Sequence record: NZ_CP118109.1
DNA from: a plasmid
Length of the DNA stretch: 64,000 bases
Strand: one strand, 5' to 3'
Part shown: piece after piece, positions 1-9,322 of the stretch
How positions within the stretch are numbered: position 1 is the stretch's first letter
How the letters are laid out: every line of letters begins with the position of its first letter
The notes under the pieces: model-generated
What the model was told of the DNA's origin: nothing
What the model saw: the letters and a program-made list of their open reading frames with translations, nothing else
The model's database searches: none
Program-made: the position numbers and the translations under genes

Positions 1-119
1 ATGCAATATAAGGCAAAACCGAAAGCCCACATCGGATCGATGAAGTGGTAAACGGCAATAAATATGCCAACCATGATTAAAATTCGAATGCGATTGATCA
101 ACGTTTTGCTAATCTCCAT
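1..119 (-). CDS. partial CDS (N-terminal 39 aa; hydrophobic, membrane-protein-like), runs off window start
   Basis: Minus-strand ATG at 119-117 preceded by AAGGAG RBS (revcomp of 120-135). Translation MEISKTLINRIRILIMVGIFIAVYHFIDPMWAFGFALYC is strongly hydrophobic and the reading frame stays open to base 1. Confidence 0.3.
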   Translation of the reverse strand, partial: MEISKTLINRIRILIMVGIFIAVYHFIDPMWAFGFALYC

Positions 120-173
120 ACTGATAACTCCTTCTTCAGCGGCTGGGCAGATGACAGCAACCTCTCTCAGAGG

Positions 174-449
174 TTACTTTCTATTTTTCTTTCTTGATGC
201 TTTAGCATGAGCAGACTGCTTCTTGCTCTTATCTTTTTTCTTCTTCTCAGCTGCACGACGATTCTCAACATCTTCAATGCCATTAAACTTGCGCCATGCT
301 TTTGCAATTGATCGCCTTTCTTCCCTGGTCTCGGCAACCAACATTTCATCGATTTCCTTTGGATAGCCCCATTCGTTATATTCGTCCTGAGTATTTTCCG
401 GCTCACCAAAGGCAAAACGTGTAAGCTCCCTTGAATCGCGTGTATCCAT
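174..449 (-). CDS. hypothetical small charged protein (K/R-rich C-terminus)
   Basis: 91-aa ORF in co-oriented gene string; no recognised motif. Confidence 0.45.
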   Translation of the reverse strand: MDTRDSRELTRFAFGEPENTQDEYNEWGYPKEIDEMLVAETREERRSIAKAWRKFNGIEDVENRRAAEKKKKDKSKKQSAHAKASRKKNRK

Positions 450-469
450 CCCCTGTATCTCCCCCTGTG

Positions 470-769
470 CTAATTTGGCCTATGGAATCGAAGAATCTTC
501 TCCGTGCTCCAGTCTTCAAACAGATCCACCCCTGCTTCACCAAGGGTCAATGAAAGGTCGATCAATGCATCGAGGTCATCCTCCGATCGGTGATGTTTAA
601 TCTGGTTCCAAGAGAAGCTATCAGATATTCCATCATCAAATCGGACGAGATATCTCATCTTCTCATTTGAAGCTTCATAGATCGTACCGATCATCCCTTC
701 AAGTGGATGCAATGGACAAACGACAGCAACAATGTCCCTAGGCTCGTAATGAACAAAGTCCTTCTTCAT
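470..769 (-). CDS. hypothetical protein
   Basis: ORF 470..778. GAGGTG RBS sits 6 nt upstream of the ATG at 769 (MKKDF...), so the start was trimmed to 769. Confidence 0.5.
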   Translation of the reverse strand: MKKDFVHYEPRDIVAVVCPLHPLEGMIGTIYEASNEKMRYLVRFDDGISDSFSWNQIKHHRSEDDLDALIDLSLTLGEAGVDLFEDWSTEKILRFHRPN

Positions 770-862
770 CAGGCTCACCTCACAGTGTCCTGCTACTTTC
801 TTTTTAGGCTGCCTTTCTTCTTCCCTGGAATAAGGATAGCCGTGCCAGTGGTCATAGCCATG

Positions 863-1858
863 CTATTCACCAAAAACAAATTTAACTTGTGATATAGATT
901 GGCTCCACTGAGCAATCATGCCGATCGCAGCTGCAACATCTCTGGAAGGCGCATAAGCCACACCATTTTCAACAATCGTATTATCAAGTACGACTTCGTT
1001 TATTGATGCTTTCTTTGTTTTGTTATCAAATCCAACAGACTTACCGGCAACAATAGATACAGCTTTCACCGGAACATATGAAGTGCCTTTGTTAATAAAT
1101 CCAGGTGTTGAGAGAGGTCGAAGAGACCCATTTTCTTTTTCTACTACAACAGTTGCTGGTGGGTATTTAGATGCCTCTTCTTCTTTCTTAGAAGTAGAGA
1201 TACCACCTACTGCCGTATTCTCAATAAATGTAACACCAAGATATTCGCATATAGCTTGGGCTACTTCTTTACCGGTTTCGCGTCGGTAGTTATCATCAAT
1301 GAGCAACTTTGCTTCTTCGAGGTTATCCATGAAGCCGCATTCGATTAGGACGGAAGCCATATGCTCGTGAGTCTCACGAAGAACTTGATAGCTGTTCGAT
1401 TTAACGCCACGACTGGATTGTTTCGTTCCCATCAACAGATGCTTTTGCATGATATTTGCAAGCTTGATGCTGTCAGATCCAGCGCCTGTTTGATAATAAG
1501 TCTCTACCCCTTTAGCGCTATTCCATTTGCCATTATTAGCATTAGCATGAACGCTTACGAATACATCTGCTTTAGCATTGCGTGCAATCCAAGAACGTGT
1601 AGCCAGCGGAACATCGCCATCACCTGCAGCTGACTCAATAACTTTGATACCACAGCGCTCCAGATGATCCTTTGCATACTTCACAACAGCGCGATTAAAT
1701 TCGTTCTCATGCATGAAGTTGCCCGTTTCGCTCTTCATCCCGCTTCCTGCAGGGAAGATCGGTGTGCGCTTGCCAATTGTCTGCATACCGTGGCCATCAT
1801 CTAGGACAACCACATATTGTTTCAAGGCAGCTGCAATAAATTCGCTTTTGCTCAACAT
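863..1858 (-). CDS. endolysin, N-acetylmuramoyl-L-alanine amidase (Amidase_3/CwlC-like catalytic domain plus C-terminal putative wall-binding region)
   Basis: N-terminal VVLDDGHG...FVSVHANA...GVETYY pattern typical of MurNAc-LAA amidase_3. 331 aa. Preceded by the TATAAT plus palindrome promoter element at 1883-1911. Confidence 0.85.
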   Translation of the reverse strand: MLSKSEFIAAALKQYVVVLDDGHGMQTIGKRTPIFPAGSGMKSETGNFMHENEFNRAVVKYAKDHLERCGIKVIESAAGDGDVPLATRSWIARNAKADVFVSVHANANNGKWNSAKGVETYYQTGAGSDSIKLANIMQKHLLMGTKQSSRGVKSNSYQVLRETHEHMASVLIECGFMDNLEEAKLLIDDNYRRETGKEVAQAICEYLGVTFIENTAVGGISTSKKEEEASKYPPATVVVEKENGSLRPLSTPGFINKGTSYVPVKAVSIVAGKSVGFDNKTKKASINEVVLDNTIVENGVAYAPSRDVAAAIGMIAQWSQSISQVKFVFGE

Positions 1859-1882
1859 TGAGCCTCACTCCTTTTTAGTTAT

Positions 1883-1911
1883 AATGTAATGCATTACATT
1901 TTTGATTATAC
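1883..1911 (-). promoter_or_regulatory. TATAAT -10 box followed by perfect dyad AATGTAATGCATTACATT upstream of endolysin
   Basis: On the minus strand, TATAAT (+1906-1911) then CAAAA then the palindrome (1883-1900), about 25 nt upstream of the start codon at 1858. Confidence 0.6.
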
Positions 1912-1940
1912 TACTTATTTATCATAAATTCGACATGTCA

Positions 1941-2393
1941 TTATACTTTTGTCTCAATATGAACTGCCTCAAGGTCGGTATAAATGGATCCATCAAAGAC
2001 GAGCGTGCCAACAATGATTCCTCTTATGAAATGCTGCTTAGTAAGTATTTCAATGGAGGTTCTATCTTGCCACTCTATAAATTTTCTCATATCTTTTAAA
2101 TTGCTAAATGTAAAAGGTATGCTTGCGATTACTCTTGAAGTTGTGAATGCACTCGAAGGACGCAAGTGCATATCAAACGAGCCAGTCGTATTTGAATATA
2201 TGTGATCATTAAGTTTCTCGATCTTTACAGAAGTAGCATAGCCTTTAATAATTTCATCCGTCATTGGATTATAAATAAGCGCCATGTTTTCTTCATGCCA
2301 ATGCTTTTCACTTTCAGGAACATTCAGCTTCATAGAGAATAGCCATTTATATACATCCAGATCTCTTTTTAGATAAGTGCTCATCAATTCCAT
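1941..2393 (-). CDS. hypothetical protein, MELM-N-terminus family member (MELMSTY)
   Basis: 150-aa ORF. AAGGAA RBS 8 nt upstream. Start codon overlaps stop of upstream gene (TAATG). Confidence 0.55.
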   Translation of the reverse strand: MELMSTYLKRDLDVYKWLFSMKLNVPESEKHWHEENMALIYNPMTDEIIKGYATSVKIEKLNDHIYSNTTGSFDMHLRPSSAFTTSRVIASIPFTFSNLKDMRKFIEWQDRTSIEILTKQHFIRGIIVGTLVFDGSIYTDLEAVHIETKV

Positions 2394-2737
2394 TATTCGT
2401 ATTCCTTACAATTGAATGTGAGCAGCCAGCTACCGTCCATTTGCCGGCCAAGCCTATGATAGACAATTTGATATGCCCGCTCTCCCCCGCCTATGAATTT
2501 CATCATCAAAACACGCATGCGATCTTCCCATCCATCCATAGATGGATCGTCTTTAAGTTCTTCCATGACCCACTCTTCAATAATGACTTTGCCCTGTGTT
2601 ACATCTGAATAGTCCGGATGGGGCCTAAACTCCTCTAATCGTGACACCGTCAGAGATACGGTTTGCTTCCTTTTATTTACTATCCAGAGCATAAAGCTCT
2701 CGACAGTTTGATCTAAATAGACTTCCATGAGATTCAC
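2393..2737 (-). CDS. hypothetical protein, MELM-family N-terminus (GTG start; M-N-L-M-E-V-Y)
   Basis: 114-aa ORF. GGAGGAG RBS 6 nt upstream of GTG at 2737. Confidence 0.5.
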   Translation of the reverse strand: MNLMEVYLDQTVESFMLWIVNKRKQTVSLTVSRLEEFRPHPDYSDVTQGKVIIEEWVMEELKDDPSMDGWEDRMRVLMMKFIGGGERAYQIVYHRLGRQMDGSWLLTFNCKEYE

Positions 2738-2755
2738 AGATGACTCCTCCTCTTA

Positions 2756-5700
2756 TTAGCTAAATTCCACCTGGAACTGATTCATTATTTCCTCTTCCGA
2801 TTGTTCGGCATGATCCATGTACGTAATTTTATCTACGATGAGATCTGAACCGCTTCGTTTGCCGACGACTTTAATCTTGCGTCCGATAATGAAGTCATCT
2901 GCATTCTTGCTCCATATCTTATTGAAGATGACTAGACTCAATTCATCCTCTGCCGTCTCTATCTTCGCCTTACCTGTTACCTTGCCGCTACTCTTGGCTG
3001 TGAAAGGCTTAGACTCTATAATGTAGCCGGTGAACGTGATATTCTCTCTGCCATCTTCAATGCTATCCCACCGAGAACGAATGCTTACATTTGTGCCGAG
3101 CATTTCACGCTCATAGGCGATAATGTCCTTCTTCGTTGTTTTGGATGGCATATGTTCAAACTCTTCGCCGCGGTATTCGAAATATCTGCGCAATAAGAGA
3201 TTGCGGTTGTCGGATATTGTATCGAAACTTCCGGACTTAATGAGATTGGATGTTTTTGTTTTATTGAGTTTCATTGTTCTATTGGCCAATAAGAAATCAT
3301 CAAATTCTTTGAATGGTCGGCATTCCGTAATGACATCAAGATCTTTGCTGCTGACTCCTGCGATACTTGCAAGGCCATACAAAATCTTACCAAGACCTTC
3401 TTCGCCCTCTTGAGCATTGATTGGTGTCCAGCTGTCGTTAGAGTAGTTGATATCTGGTGGCAGGATGCTGATTCCCATTTCTTCGCATTCTTTCATGTAT
3501 GCAACGTTACGGGGAACACCATCTTTCAGCTTGCCCTCTGAGATTGTCATGAGCGCAGCCATAAACTCTGTTGGATAGTAAGCCTTCAGATAAGCTGTCA
3601 TAACAGAGAGTACTGCGTAGCAAGCGCTATGCGCATAGTTGAAGCAGTAGTCACCGAACTTGATCCAGTCTTCTTTGATTTTAAGAAGTGTTGCCTCGTC
3701 ATATCCAAGGGAAATAGCTCCTGGAATGTTAAGTGGCTCTTTGCCTTTAGCGATTAGCTCAGCATCTTTTTCAGCGCTGCCATAGATCATGTAGTTGATC
3801 CATTCTTCCATTAGTGCGTGATTCTTTTTCGAGATGGCTTTACGCAGGATATCAGATTGACCGGTAGTGAATCCTCCAAGAATCATGGAAGCTTTCATGA
3901 TCTGCTCTTGGTAGACCCAAATACCATAGGTCTTTCCAAGAACCGGCTCTAAGCTATCGAACGGATAAGTAACTCTCTCTTGTCCTTTCTTTCTTCGGAT
4001 ATAAGAGGGAATAAGGTCGAGTGGTCCTGGTCTGCCTAACGCTACGATAACGGAAATATCCTCTACATTTGAAGGCTCCATGTCTTTGATGATTCCGCGG
4101 AATAGATCAGACTCGCACTGGAAGATTCCTGAGAGATTCAGCTTATTATAAATTTCTTCATAAATCTTCGGATCATTAAAGTTAATTGTATTCAGATCAA
4201 GCTCCATAATCCCTGCATTCTGCTTCGTCTTCTTGATCAGGTCGAGGGTAGACAGCTTAAGAATGTCGAATTTAACTAGGAACTTTTCGATCCACTCCAT
4301 ATCGTATTGAGTTGTCGTAAGTCCTTCCTTATCCAGTCGAAGAGGTACGGTGTTCGTAAGCGGCTTAGGTGAAAGAACGATGCCTCCAGCATGCACTCCT
4401 GCACTTCTGACGTGCCCCTCAAGTGCTTTGGCAGCTTGCCACCATTCAGGATATCTATCTGCATACATCCGAGTTTCAGGTGATATCTGATAAGCACCAT
4501 CCACTTCTTTTCCGTTTTTATTAATATACTTGTCTAATGTAATGCCTGGCGTTTCGGGAATAGACTTCGCAAACCGGTCTTGATCCTGCGCACCGTATCC
4601 AAGTGCCTTACCAACTGCACGAATAACCGATCTACCTGCAAGAGTTCCATAGGTGCCAATCTGAGCTACGTTAAGATCACCGTATTTCTGCTTCATGTAT
4701 TCCTGTACAGCTCTAGCGCCTTCATAGGAGAAGTCTACGTCGATATCTGGATAGCCTGCGCGTTCTGGATTCAGGAAGCGCTCAAACATTAGATCCCATT
4801 TAATCGGATCGATCGTTGTAATGCCAATAACGAAAGCAACGAGTGAACCGGCAGCGGATCCCCTTCCAGGTCCTACTTCGAATCCATTTTCCTTCGCCCA
4901 GTTAATATAGTCAGATACAATCAGAAAGTAATCAGCAAATCCAAGTGGATTAATAACACTCAGCTCATATTGAAGCTGTTGACTGTATTGCTCCAGATCA
5001 ATCGGCGTCTTTAATGCGTAGGTGAACAGCCGGTTCCATGCCAGCTTCTCTAGCTGCTCTTCCGCTGTATCATTCTCATCAACAATGTATTTAGGGAACA
5101 AAGGATCTTTGGGCAAGTCTACATCGACCAACTCTGCAATTCTGAGCGTATTTTCAATGGCTTCATCATCGTTAATAATCTCACGAATCTCATCCTCTGA
5201 TTTCATCCAGAACTCATGAGCGTATACCAAGCGATCATTATCATGAATACATTTATTCATACTGGATGCAACTAGAATATCGTGGATGTCACGGTCGTCT
5301 TTATTGGCATAGTGAACATCTGTTGTTACGATTTTCGGCGTGTTTGTTTCCAGAGCCAGCTGGTCAATGATTTCATTAAGCCTGATTTGCTCTGGGATGC
5401 GCGTTGCCTGCTTCTCCAAATAAAATGAGTGAAACGTCTCTTTGCACTCCTGTATGAATGAGCGACACTCTGCCAGATCACCAGCAAGGGCAAAGCGAGC
5501 AAGGTAACTACCAAGACAAGCAGAGGTAGCAATAATGTGCTTGCCAAGACCACGATCACGAATAAAGGCAAGATCGGTACGAGGATTACTATAAAAACCG
5601 CTGATATGAGCATCTGAAATAATTTCATATAAGTCCTCCAATCCTTGTTGGTTAGTGGCCATCAGGACAATATGAAAGTTATCATGCTTGATTAGTTCAT

Positions 5701-6211
5701 AGAACTCTTTCCGGAAGTCTTCAAGCGCATCGTCTGGCGAAAACCCTACAACGAGTGGTTTCTCTTCTTCCATCATGCCGAAACCAAACAAGTCTAATTC
5801 TTCTTCTGATCCACTAGCCATAGACTTAAGATCTTCACGCATGATGTAGTCCTTTAGCAGCTCCCGAGCTTCAAGCATAAAGTTATCAGGATTGTTTCTC
5901 ACTGCTTTCCGAAATGCCTTCCAAGCCTTGTCCTTGATGCCGTATTTCTCTAAAAAAATAGCTTTTGAAGCTTTATGGAAATCACTTTTAAGGTGGCGAT
6001 TCTTCGTCATATAAGCTTCGCAGCCTGGGATCGGTTTGATCCCTTCCTCTTTGCATGCCGTTATAAAATCGGGAATAGCCCCGCAAACGCCGTGATCCGT
6101 AATGGCGAGCGCGGAGCTACCGATTTCCTTTGCACGCTTGACGAGGTCTTTTACGGTAGAAAGACCATCAAGCTCTGAGTATTCACAGTGTACATGTAAA
6201 TGATTGATCAT
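2756..6211 (-). CDS. dnaE: DNA polymerase III alpha subunit, DnaE-type (PHP domain N-terminus)
   Basis: 1151 aa. N-terminal HVHCEYSELDG...ITDHG PHP motif. Length and overall pattern typical of DnaE. Confidence 0.9.
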   Translation of the reverse strand: MINHLHVHCEYSELDGLSTVKDLVKRAKEIGSSALAITDHGVCGAIPDFITACKEEGIKPIPGCEAYMTKNRHLKSDFHKASKAIFLEKYGIKDKAWKAFRKAVRNNPDNFMLEARELLKDYIMREDLKSMASGSEEELDLFGFGMMEEEKPLVVGFSPDDALEDFRKEFYELIKHDNFHIVLMATNQQGLEDLYEIISDAHISGFYSNPRTDLAFIRDRGLGKHIIATSACLGSYLARFALAGDLAECRSFIQECKETFHSFYLEKQATRIPEQIRLNEIIDQLALETNTPKIVTTDVHYANKDDRDIHDILVASSMNKCIHDNDRLVYAHEFWMKSEDEIREIINDDEAIENTLRIAELVDVDLPKDPLFPKYIVDENDTAEEQLEKLAWNRLFTYALKTPIDLEQYSQQLQYELSVINPLGFADYFLIVSDYINWAKENGFEVGPGRGSAAGSLVAFVIGITTIDPIKWDLMFERFLNPERAGYPDIDVDFSYEGARAVQEYMKQKYGDLNVAQIGTYGTLAGRSVIRAVGKALGYGAQDQDRFAKSIPETPGITLDKYINKNGKEVDGAYQISPETRMYADRYPEWWQAAKALEGHVRSAGVHAGGIVLSPKPLTNTVPLRLDKEGLTTTQYDMEWIEKFLVKFDILKLSTLDLIKKTKQNAGIMELDLNTINFNDPKIYEEIYNKLNLSGIFQCESDLFRGIIKDMEPSNVEDISVIVALGRPGPLDLIPSYIRRKKGQERVTYPFDSLEPVLGKTYGIWVYQEQIMKASMILGGFTTGQSDILRKAISKKNHALMEEWINYMIYGSAEKDAELIAKGKEPLNIPGAISLGYDEATLLKIKEDWIKFGDYCFNYAHSACYAVLSVMTAYLKAYYPTEFMAALMTISEGKLKDGVPRNVAYMKECEEMGISILPPDINYSNDSWTPINAQEGEEGLGKILYGLASIAGVSSKDLDVITECRPFKEFDDFLLANRTMKLNKTKTSNLIKSGSFDTISDNRNLLLRRYFEYRGEEFEHMPSKTTKKDIIAYEREMLGTNVSIRSRWDSIEDGRENITFTGYIIESKPFTAKSSGKVTGKAKIETAEDELSLVIFNKIWSKNADDFIIGRKIKVVGKRSGSDLIVDKITYMDHAEQSEEEIMNQFQVEFS

Positions 6212-6233
6212 AGATGACTCGCTCTCCTTGCGA

Positions 6234-6530
6234 TTAATCTTTCGACTGGCCTTCCCCGATCACGTCGAGCGATGAAATAATTGGCCCAAATCTTCCATCT
6301 GCGCGCTTTACAACAGTAGTTGGAGCTACAGGCGATCCAATAACAACCATGCCTCCTACGCCGCTAGTTAGAATGATGGAGCGTGTTTTTCTTCCTTGTG
6401 TCATGTCCACATAGCGCCCATCGTCTTTAGCTTGAGTCATCATGCGACGTATTGGTGAGCTGTCTGGACGACTGATTGAAATGATCTTGCTTTCTTCAAT
6501 GAAATTTCCAAAACCGATATCGATGTACAT
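6234..6530 (-). CDS. RemA/DUF370-family DNA-binding protein homolog
   Basis: YIDIGFGNFI...ISRPDSSPIRRMM..AKDDGRYVDMTQGRKTRSIIL...VIGSPVAPTTVVKR matches the RemA (B. subtilis YlzA) consensus IGfGN...SaPiKR...lIDaTyGRrTR..I..d..vilS.vqPeT..R. Confidence 0.7.
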   Translation of the reverse strand: MYIDIGFGNFIEESKIISISRPDSSPIRRMMTQAKDDGRYVDMTQGRKTRSIILTSGVGGMVVIGSPVAPTTVVKRADGRFGPIISSLDVIGEGQSKD

Positions 6531-6533
6531 AAG

Positions 6534-7397
6534 TTAATCCACCTTTGAGAAAGTTATATTTTTCTCAGCTACTTCGCGCACAAGATCTCCATTTGTGTCG
6601 CCGGTGATTACGTCGGGGATAGGTCTGCCTTCTTTTATAGCAGCTCTGATATTTTCGACATCCTTATAAGCTTCGCTGCCGAAGTTAAACGGATTAGGAT
6701 TACGGATACTACCATCATTCTTGGCACTATCTGAGTGGCAGTAGATATTAAAAGGGCAATCTTTGCACTTATAATTGCTCGGCGTATATCCTTTTTCAAG
6801 CGGAGGGAGCATTCTGTCTTTGGCCAGCTGTATACATTCGTTTGCTTTTTGCTCTAGCTTCTTGCCGTATACAGGGTCGTAATTCATGTGGTATTCCCAA
6901 ACGTCTTGTGTATCCTTCTCTTCAACGAAAATGATTCCTTTGTGGATGCCAGATAAATGCATGTAAAACGTAAGCTGCGCTTTATGTTCAGCCTTTGGTT
7001 TATTGTTTTCTTTCATCCACTTAAAGCTATGACTGAATGCGCTCTTTAGTTCCACCAAGAACTTTTCCCCAAAGGGATTTAGAAAGCTTGGAATACTGAT
7101 AAGCGCATCCGTATGTCCGCTGATATCGTCCCGCTCTAACTTCATTTCTGCCTGAACGAGGACTCCCATATCAGCGAACAATTTCTCGTAACGGTGATGC
7201 ATGCTATGACCATTTTCGAAGATTCGGATGAGCTGCGGATCAGTTTCTGGCTTCGGAACCATAAGCATATCGAATACGATTTTCCGCTTACACATGCCGA
7301 TCGTAGAAGGATGAAGCTTTCTCATCGGCCTTGTTTCATTGGCTAGTTTCTTTTTTTGATGTCGTTCGATATAGGTTTGAAGCAATCCCGCCATCAT
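6534..7397 (-). CDS. Cas4/RecB-like PD-(D/E)XK nuclease with Cys cluster
   Basis: N-terminal Cys (STIGMCKRK). D...E-L-K core (GHTDALI...LVELKS). C-terminal C-x2-C-x5-C (YKCKDCPFNIYC). 287 aa. Strong GGAGGGGG RBS. Confidence 0.6.
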   Translation of the reverse strand: MMAGLLQTYIERHQKKKLANETRPMRKLHPSTIGMCKRKIVFDMLMVPKPETDPQLIRIFENGHSMHHRYEKLFADMGVLVQAEMKLERDDISGHTDALISIPSFLNPFGEKFLVELKSAFSHSFKWMKENNKPKAEHKAQLTFYMHLSGIHKGIIFVEEKDTQDVWEYHMNYDPVYGKKLEQKANECIQLAKDRMLPPLEKGYTPSNYKCKDCPFNIYCHSDSAKNDGSIRNPNPFNFGSEAYKDVENIRAAIKEGRPIPDVITGDTNGDLVREVAEKNITFSKVD

Positions 7398-7412
7398 CCG
7401 ACCCCCTCCATG

Positions 7413-7463
7413 AAATGTAATGCGTTACATTTCAATTATAAACGAGATAATAGAAGGAATCAA
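7413..7463 (-). promoter_or_regulatory. sigma-A-type promoter TTGATT-N17-TATAAT with dyad AAATGTAACGCATTACATTT at +1
   Basis: On the minus strand, TTGATT (+7458-7463), 17-nt spacer, TATAAT (+7435-7440), palindrome 7413-7432, then GGAGGGGG RBS and ATG at 7397. Lies downstream of terminator 7465-7495. Confidence 0.7.
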
Positions 7464-7464
7464 G

Positions 7465-7495
7465 AGAAAAACGGAGATAAACTTAATTATCTCCG
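7465..7495 (-). terminator. rho-independent terminator (minus strand)
   Basis: 8-bp stem CGGAGATA/TATCTCCG with 8-nt loop, followed on the minus strand by UUUUUU (A-run 7466-7471 on +). Confidence 0.6.
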
Positions 7496-7731
7496 CTTAC
7501 TGCCTCTTCATCTTCGGTTGTGAGATCTGAATACATTTCTCGGTTGCATAAGACAATTTGATTAAAGAACTTACTGGGTACAATTAGATTTCCTGCAACA
7601 ACATAGTTATCTCGTTCAGTGATTTCTTTCAGTCTTAGTTCCAATGGAAAATGATTTAAGTTGTTCGAACAATCCAAGGTGGCAACTCCAGCAATCATAG
7701 TGTTCTCGTTAAAGTTCATCATCGTAGACAT
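7483..7731 (-). CDS. hypothetical protein
   Basis: 82-aa ORF; stop lies inside the terminator hairpin 7472-7495. Confidence 0.45.
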   Translation of the reverse strand: MSTMMNFNENTMIAGVATLDCSNNLNHFPLELRLKEITERDNYVVAGNLIVPSKFFNQIVLCNREMYSDLTTEDEEAVSGDN

Positions 7732-8498
7732 TTTATTTCTCCCTTTACACGTTTTTCGCGGAAGCTATCAGCGATTCGTTTTCGAATGCGATAAACAGAT
7801 CGATGATGGAGCCCGTTAATTCGAGCAATCTCTCTATCTGTCATGCCTTCATCGTAAGCCTTAAGAAGAATAAATCTTTCGCTATAACTCAGTTCTTTGA
7901 ACAAATCGCTACCTACTATGCCGTTCAACCACAGAATATTGTCCAGTTCAGTATACTCATCAACCTCCATATTTAGAGGCTCATAATAATACTTGTTTTC
8001 TATGATGCTGTCTATGGCTCGATCGTCATTTATGTAGCGGTCATCTTTGTAAGAGTACTGTTCTTCTTCCATACTCTCGAACATCTTATTATCCACAAAC
8101 CGCTTTACTCGGTATCTAAACACACTGTATACATATCGGCTAAAGCCGAATCCCATTTCTTTATAGGAGTGCGCACATTCTAACAATACGATTAGCAGCT
8201 CATGCTCAATCTCCGCTATATCATAGACGGAGAAAGTGTCTCGAATGTTCTTGATGACATCATAAACCTTCTCGATCGTTTCGCTTTTGCATCCTCCAGC
8301 TTTACAAAGATCATTGATGATTTCAGCTTCCCGAATGAAGCAGGATAAAAATCGCTTAGAATCATAGCTTTTAAAATCCATTTCTCCGTAGACGAGAAGC
8401 CTGCTGTATCTTCGTATCATCTTGTGATATCTTCTCATCAGAGGATTGGCATCGCCTTCTTCAAGATAACTATGAAGCGGATCGTGTTGCTTCTTCAT
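7719..8498 (-). CDS. sigma-70-family sigma factor-like protein (region 4 HTH at C-terminus)
   Basis: C-terminal SERFILLKAYDEGMTDREIARINGLHHRSVYRIRKRI resembles sigma region 4.2. Upstream F..Y....R block resembles region 2. 259 aa. Confidence 0.5.
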   Translation of the reverse strand: MKKQHDPLHSYLEEGDANPLMRRYHKMIRRYSRLLVYGEMDFKSYDSKRFLSCFIREAEIINDLCKAGGCKSETIEKVYDVIKNIRDTFSVYDIAEIEHELLIVLLECAHSYKEMGFGFSRYVYSVFRYRVKRFVDNKMFESMEEEQYSYKDDRYINDDRAIDSIIENKYYYEPLNMEVDEYTELDNILWLNGIVGSDLFKELSYSERFILLKAYDEGMTDREIARINGLHHRSVYRIRKRIADSFREKRVKGEIKCLR

Positions 8499-9054
8499 AT
8501 TCCTTCCTCACGTCCTCCAGATCAATCTCGTCAGCTTTCCGAAAGATCCGAAGCTCGAAGTAAGGCTGAATGCCGGAATCTTTTTCTAAATAGTGAAAAT
8601 CTTTTACTCTTGGCAGGGCATAGTGGTCGTTCTTGTAAATGACGCCTTCTAAAGCATCCATCATTAGCTTGAAGACATTATGAGTATCACGTTTCTTCTC
8701 ATCTGGAAAGTAGGCTGTAAGTTCAAGCACGACTTTATCTTTTGTCGTCATTTTCCAATCATTTTTTAAGCTCCAGGCGTAAGCCAAAGCGTGCCATTTT
8801 TCAAATAGATCTTCTGCCGGCTTCGTCAGCTTCTTGCCGCCTCTGCCCGTATTTTCATAGATATGGTTAACGGAAGGGTAGAAACCAGGGTCTCCAAGTG
8901 CCTCTACATGGGTGTAAACTTTCTTCACTGGCTTTAGCTTGCCCTTGCCGTTTAACTCCTTTTTAATCTTCCATCTTCCAGTGACGGGGTCCTTTTCTTT
9001 CTCATAAGACTTATAGCTCCCGAACATCATCATCGGCAGGATAAGTGTTTCCAT
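8470..9054 (-). CDS. rusA: RusA-family Holliday junction resolvase (with N-terminal extension)
   Basis: YPSVNHIY.ENTGRGG...KVVLELTAYFPDEKKRDTHNVFKLMMDALEGVIYKNDHYAL...YFELRI parallels E. coli RusA PPSNNRYY..NRGR...[40 protein letters not shown]...RLELTI. Confidence 0.7.
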   Translation of the reverse strand: METLILPMMMFGSYKSYEKEKDPVTGRWKIKKELNGKGKLKPVKKVYTHVEALGDPGFYPSVNHIYENTGRGGKKLTKPAEDLFEKWHALAYAWSLKNDWKMTTKDKVVLELTAYFPDEKKRDTHNVFKLMMDALEGVIYKNDHYALPRVKDFHYLEKDSGIQPYFELRIFRKADEIDLEDVRKEYEEATRSAS

Positions 9055-9067
9055 GATCGGTATCTCC

Positions 9068-9322
9068 TTAGTAGTAAATAATGCGAATATCGAAGTCGTC
9101 GTGGATCAATACTAATGGCTTGATAATCTGAAGCACCTTTATATGACCCTCGGACTCCCTCATTGATAAAGGAAGTAACACTTTGTCGTATTGCTTACCC
9201 CTCATTGCTTCTTTCGTGAGACTATCGAATCCGATCACATCTATATGACTTAGCTTGGTTACTGTTTTAACACAGGAGGTTTCGCCCTCTATGATCATTA
9301 AGATGTCTGTATTTTTAGCCAT
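9068..9322 (-). CDS. hypothetical protein
   Basis: 84-aa ORF in operon context. Confidence 0.45.
   Translation of the reverse strand: MAKNTDILMIIEGETSCVKTVTKLSHIDVIGFDSLTKEAMRGKQYDKVLLPLSMRESEGHIKVLQIIKPLVLIHDDFDIRIIYY

Noticed and set aside
470-778. MSLMKKDF N-terminus as a member of the MELM family
   Set aside because: The RBS (GAGGTG) is positioned for the downstream ATG at 769 (MKKDF), so the MSL residues are probably not translated.
7416-7429. Dyad as a CcpA catabolite-responsive element (cre, TGTAAGCGCTTACA)
   Set aside because: The arms TGTAA/TTACA match but the central dinucleotide is GC, not the CG required by cre/LacI-family operators, and sites sit at +1 of promoters throughout the phage. 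It may still be bound by a LacI-like or other dimeric HTH protein.
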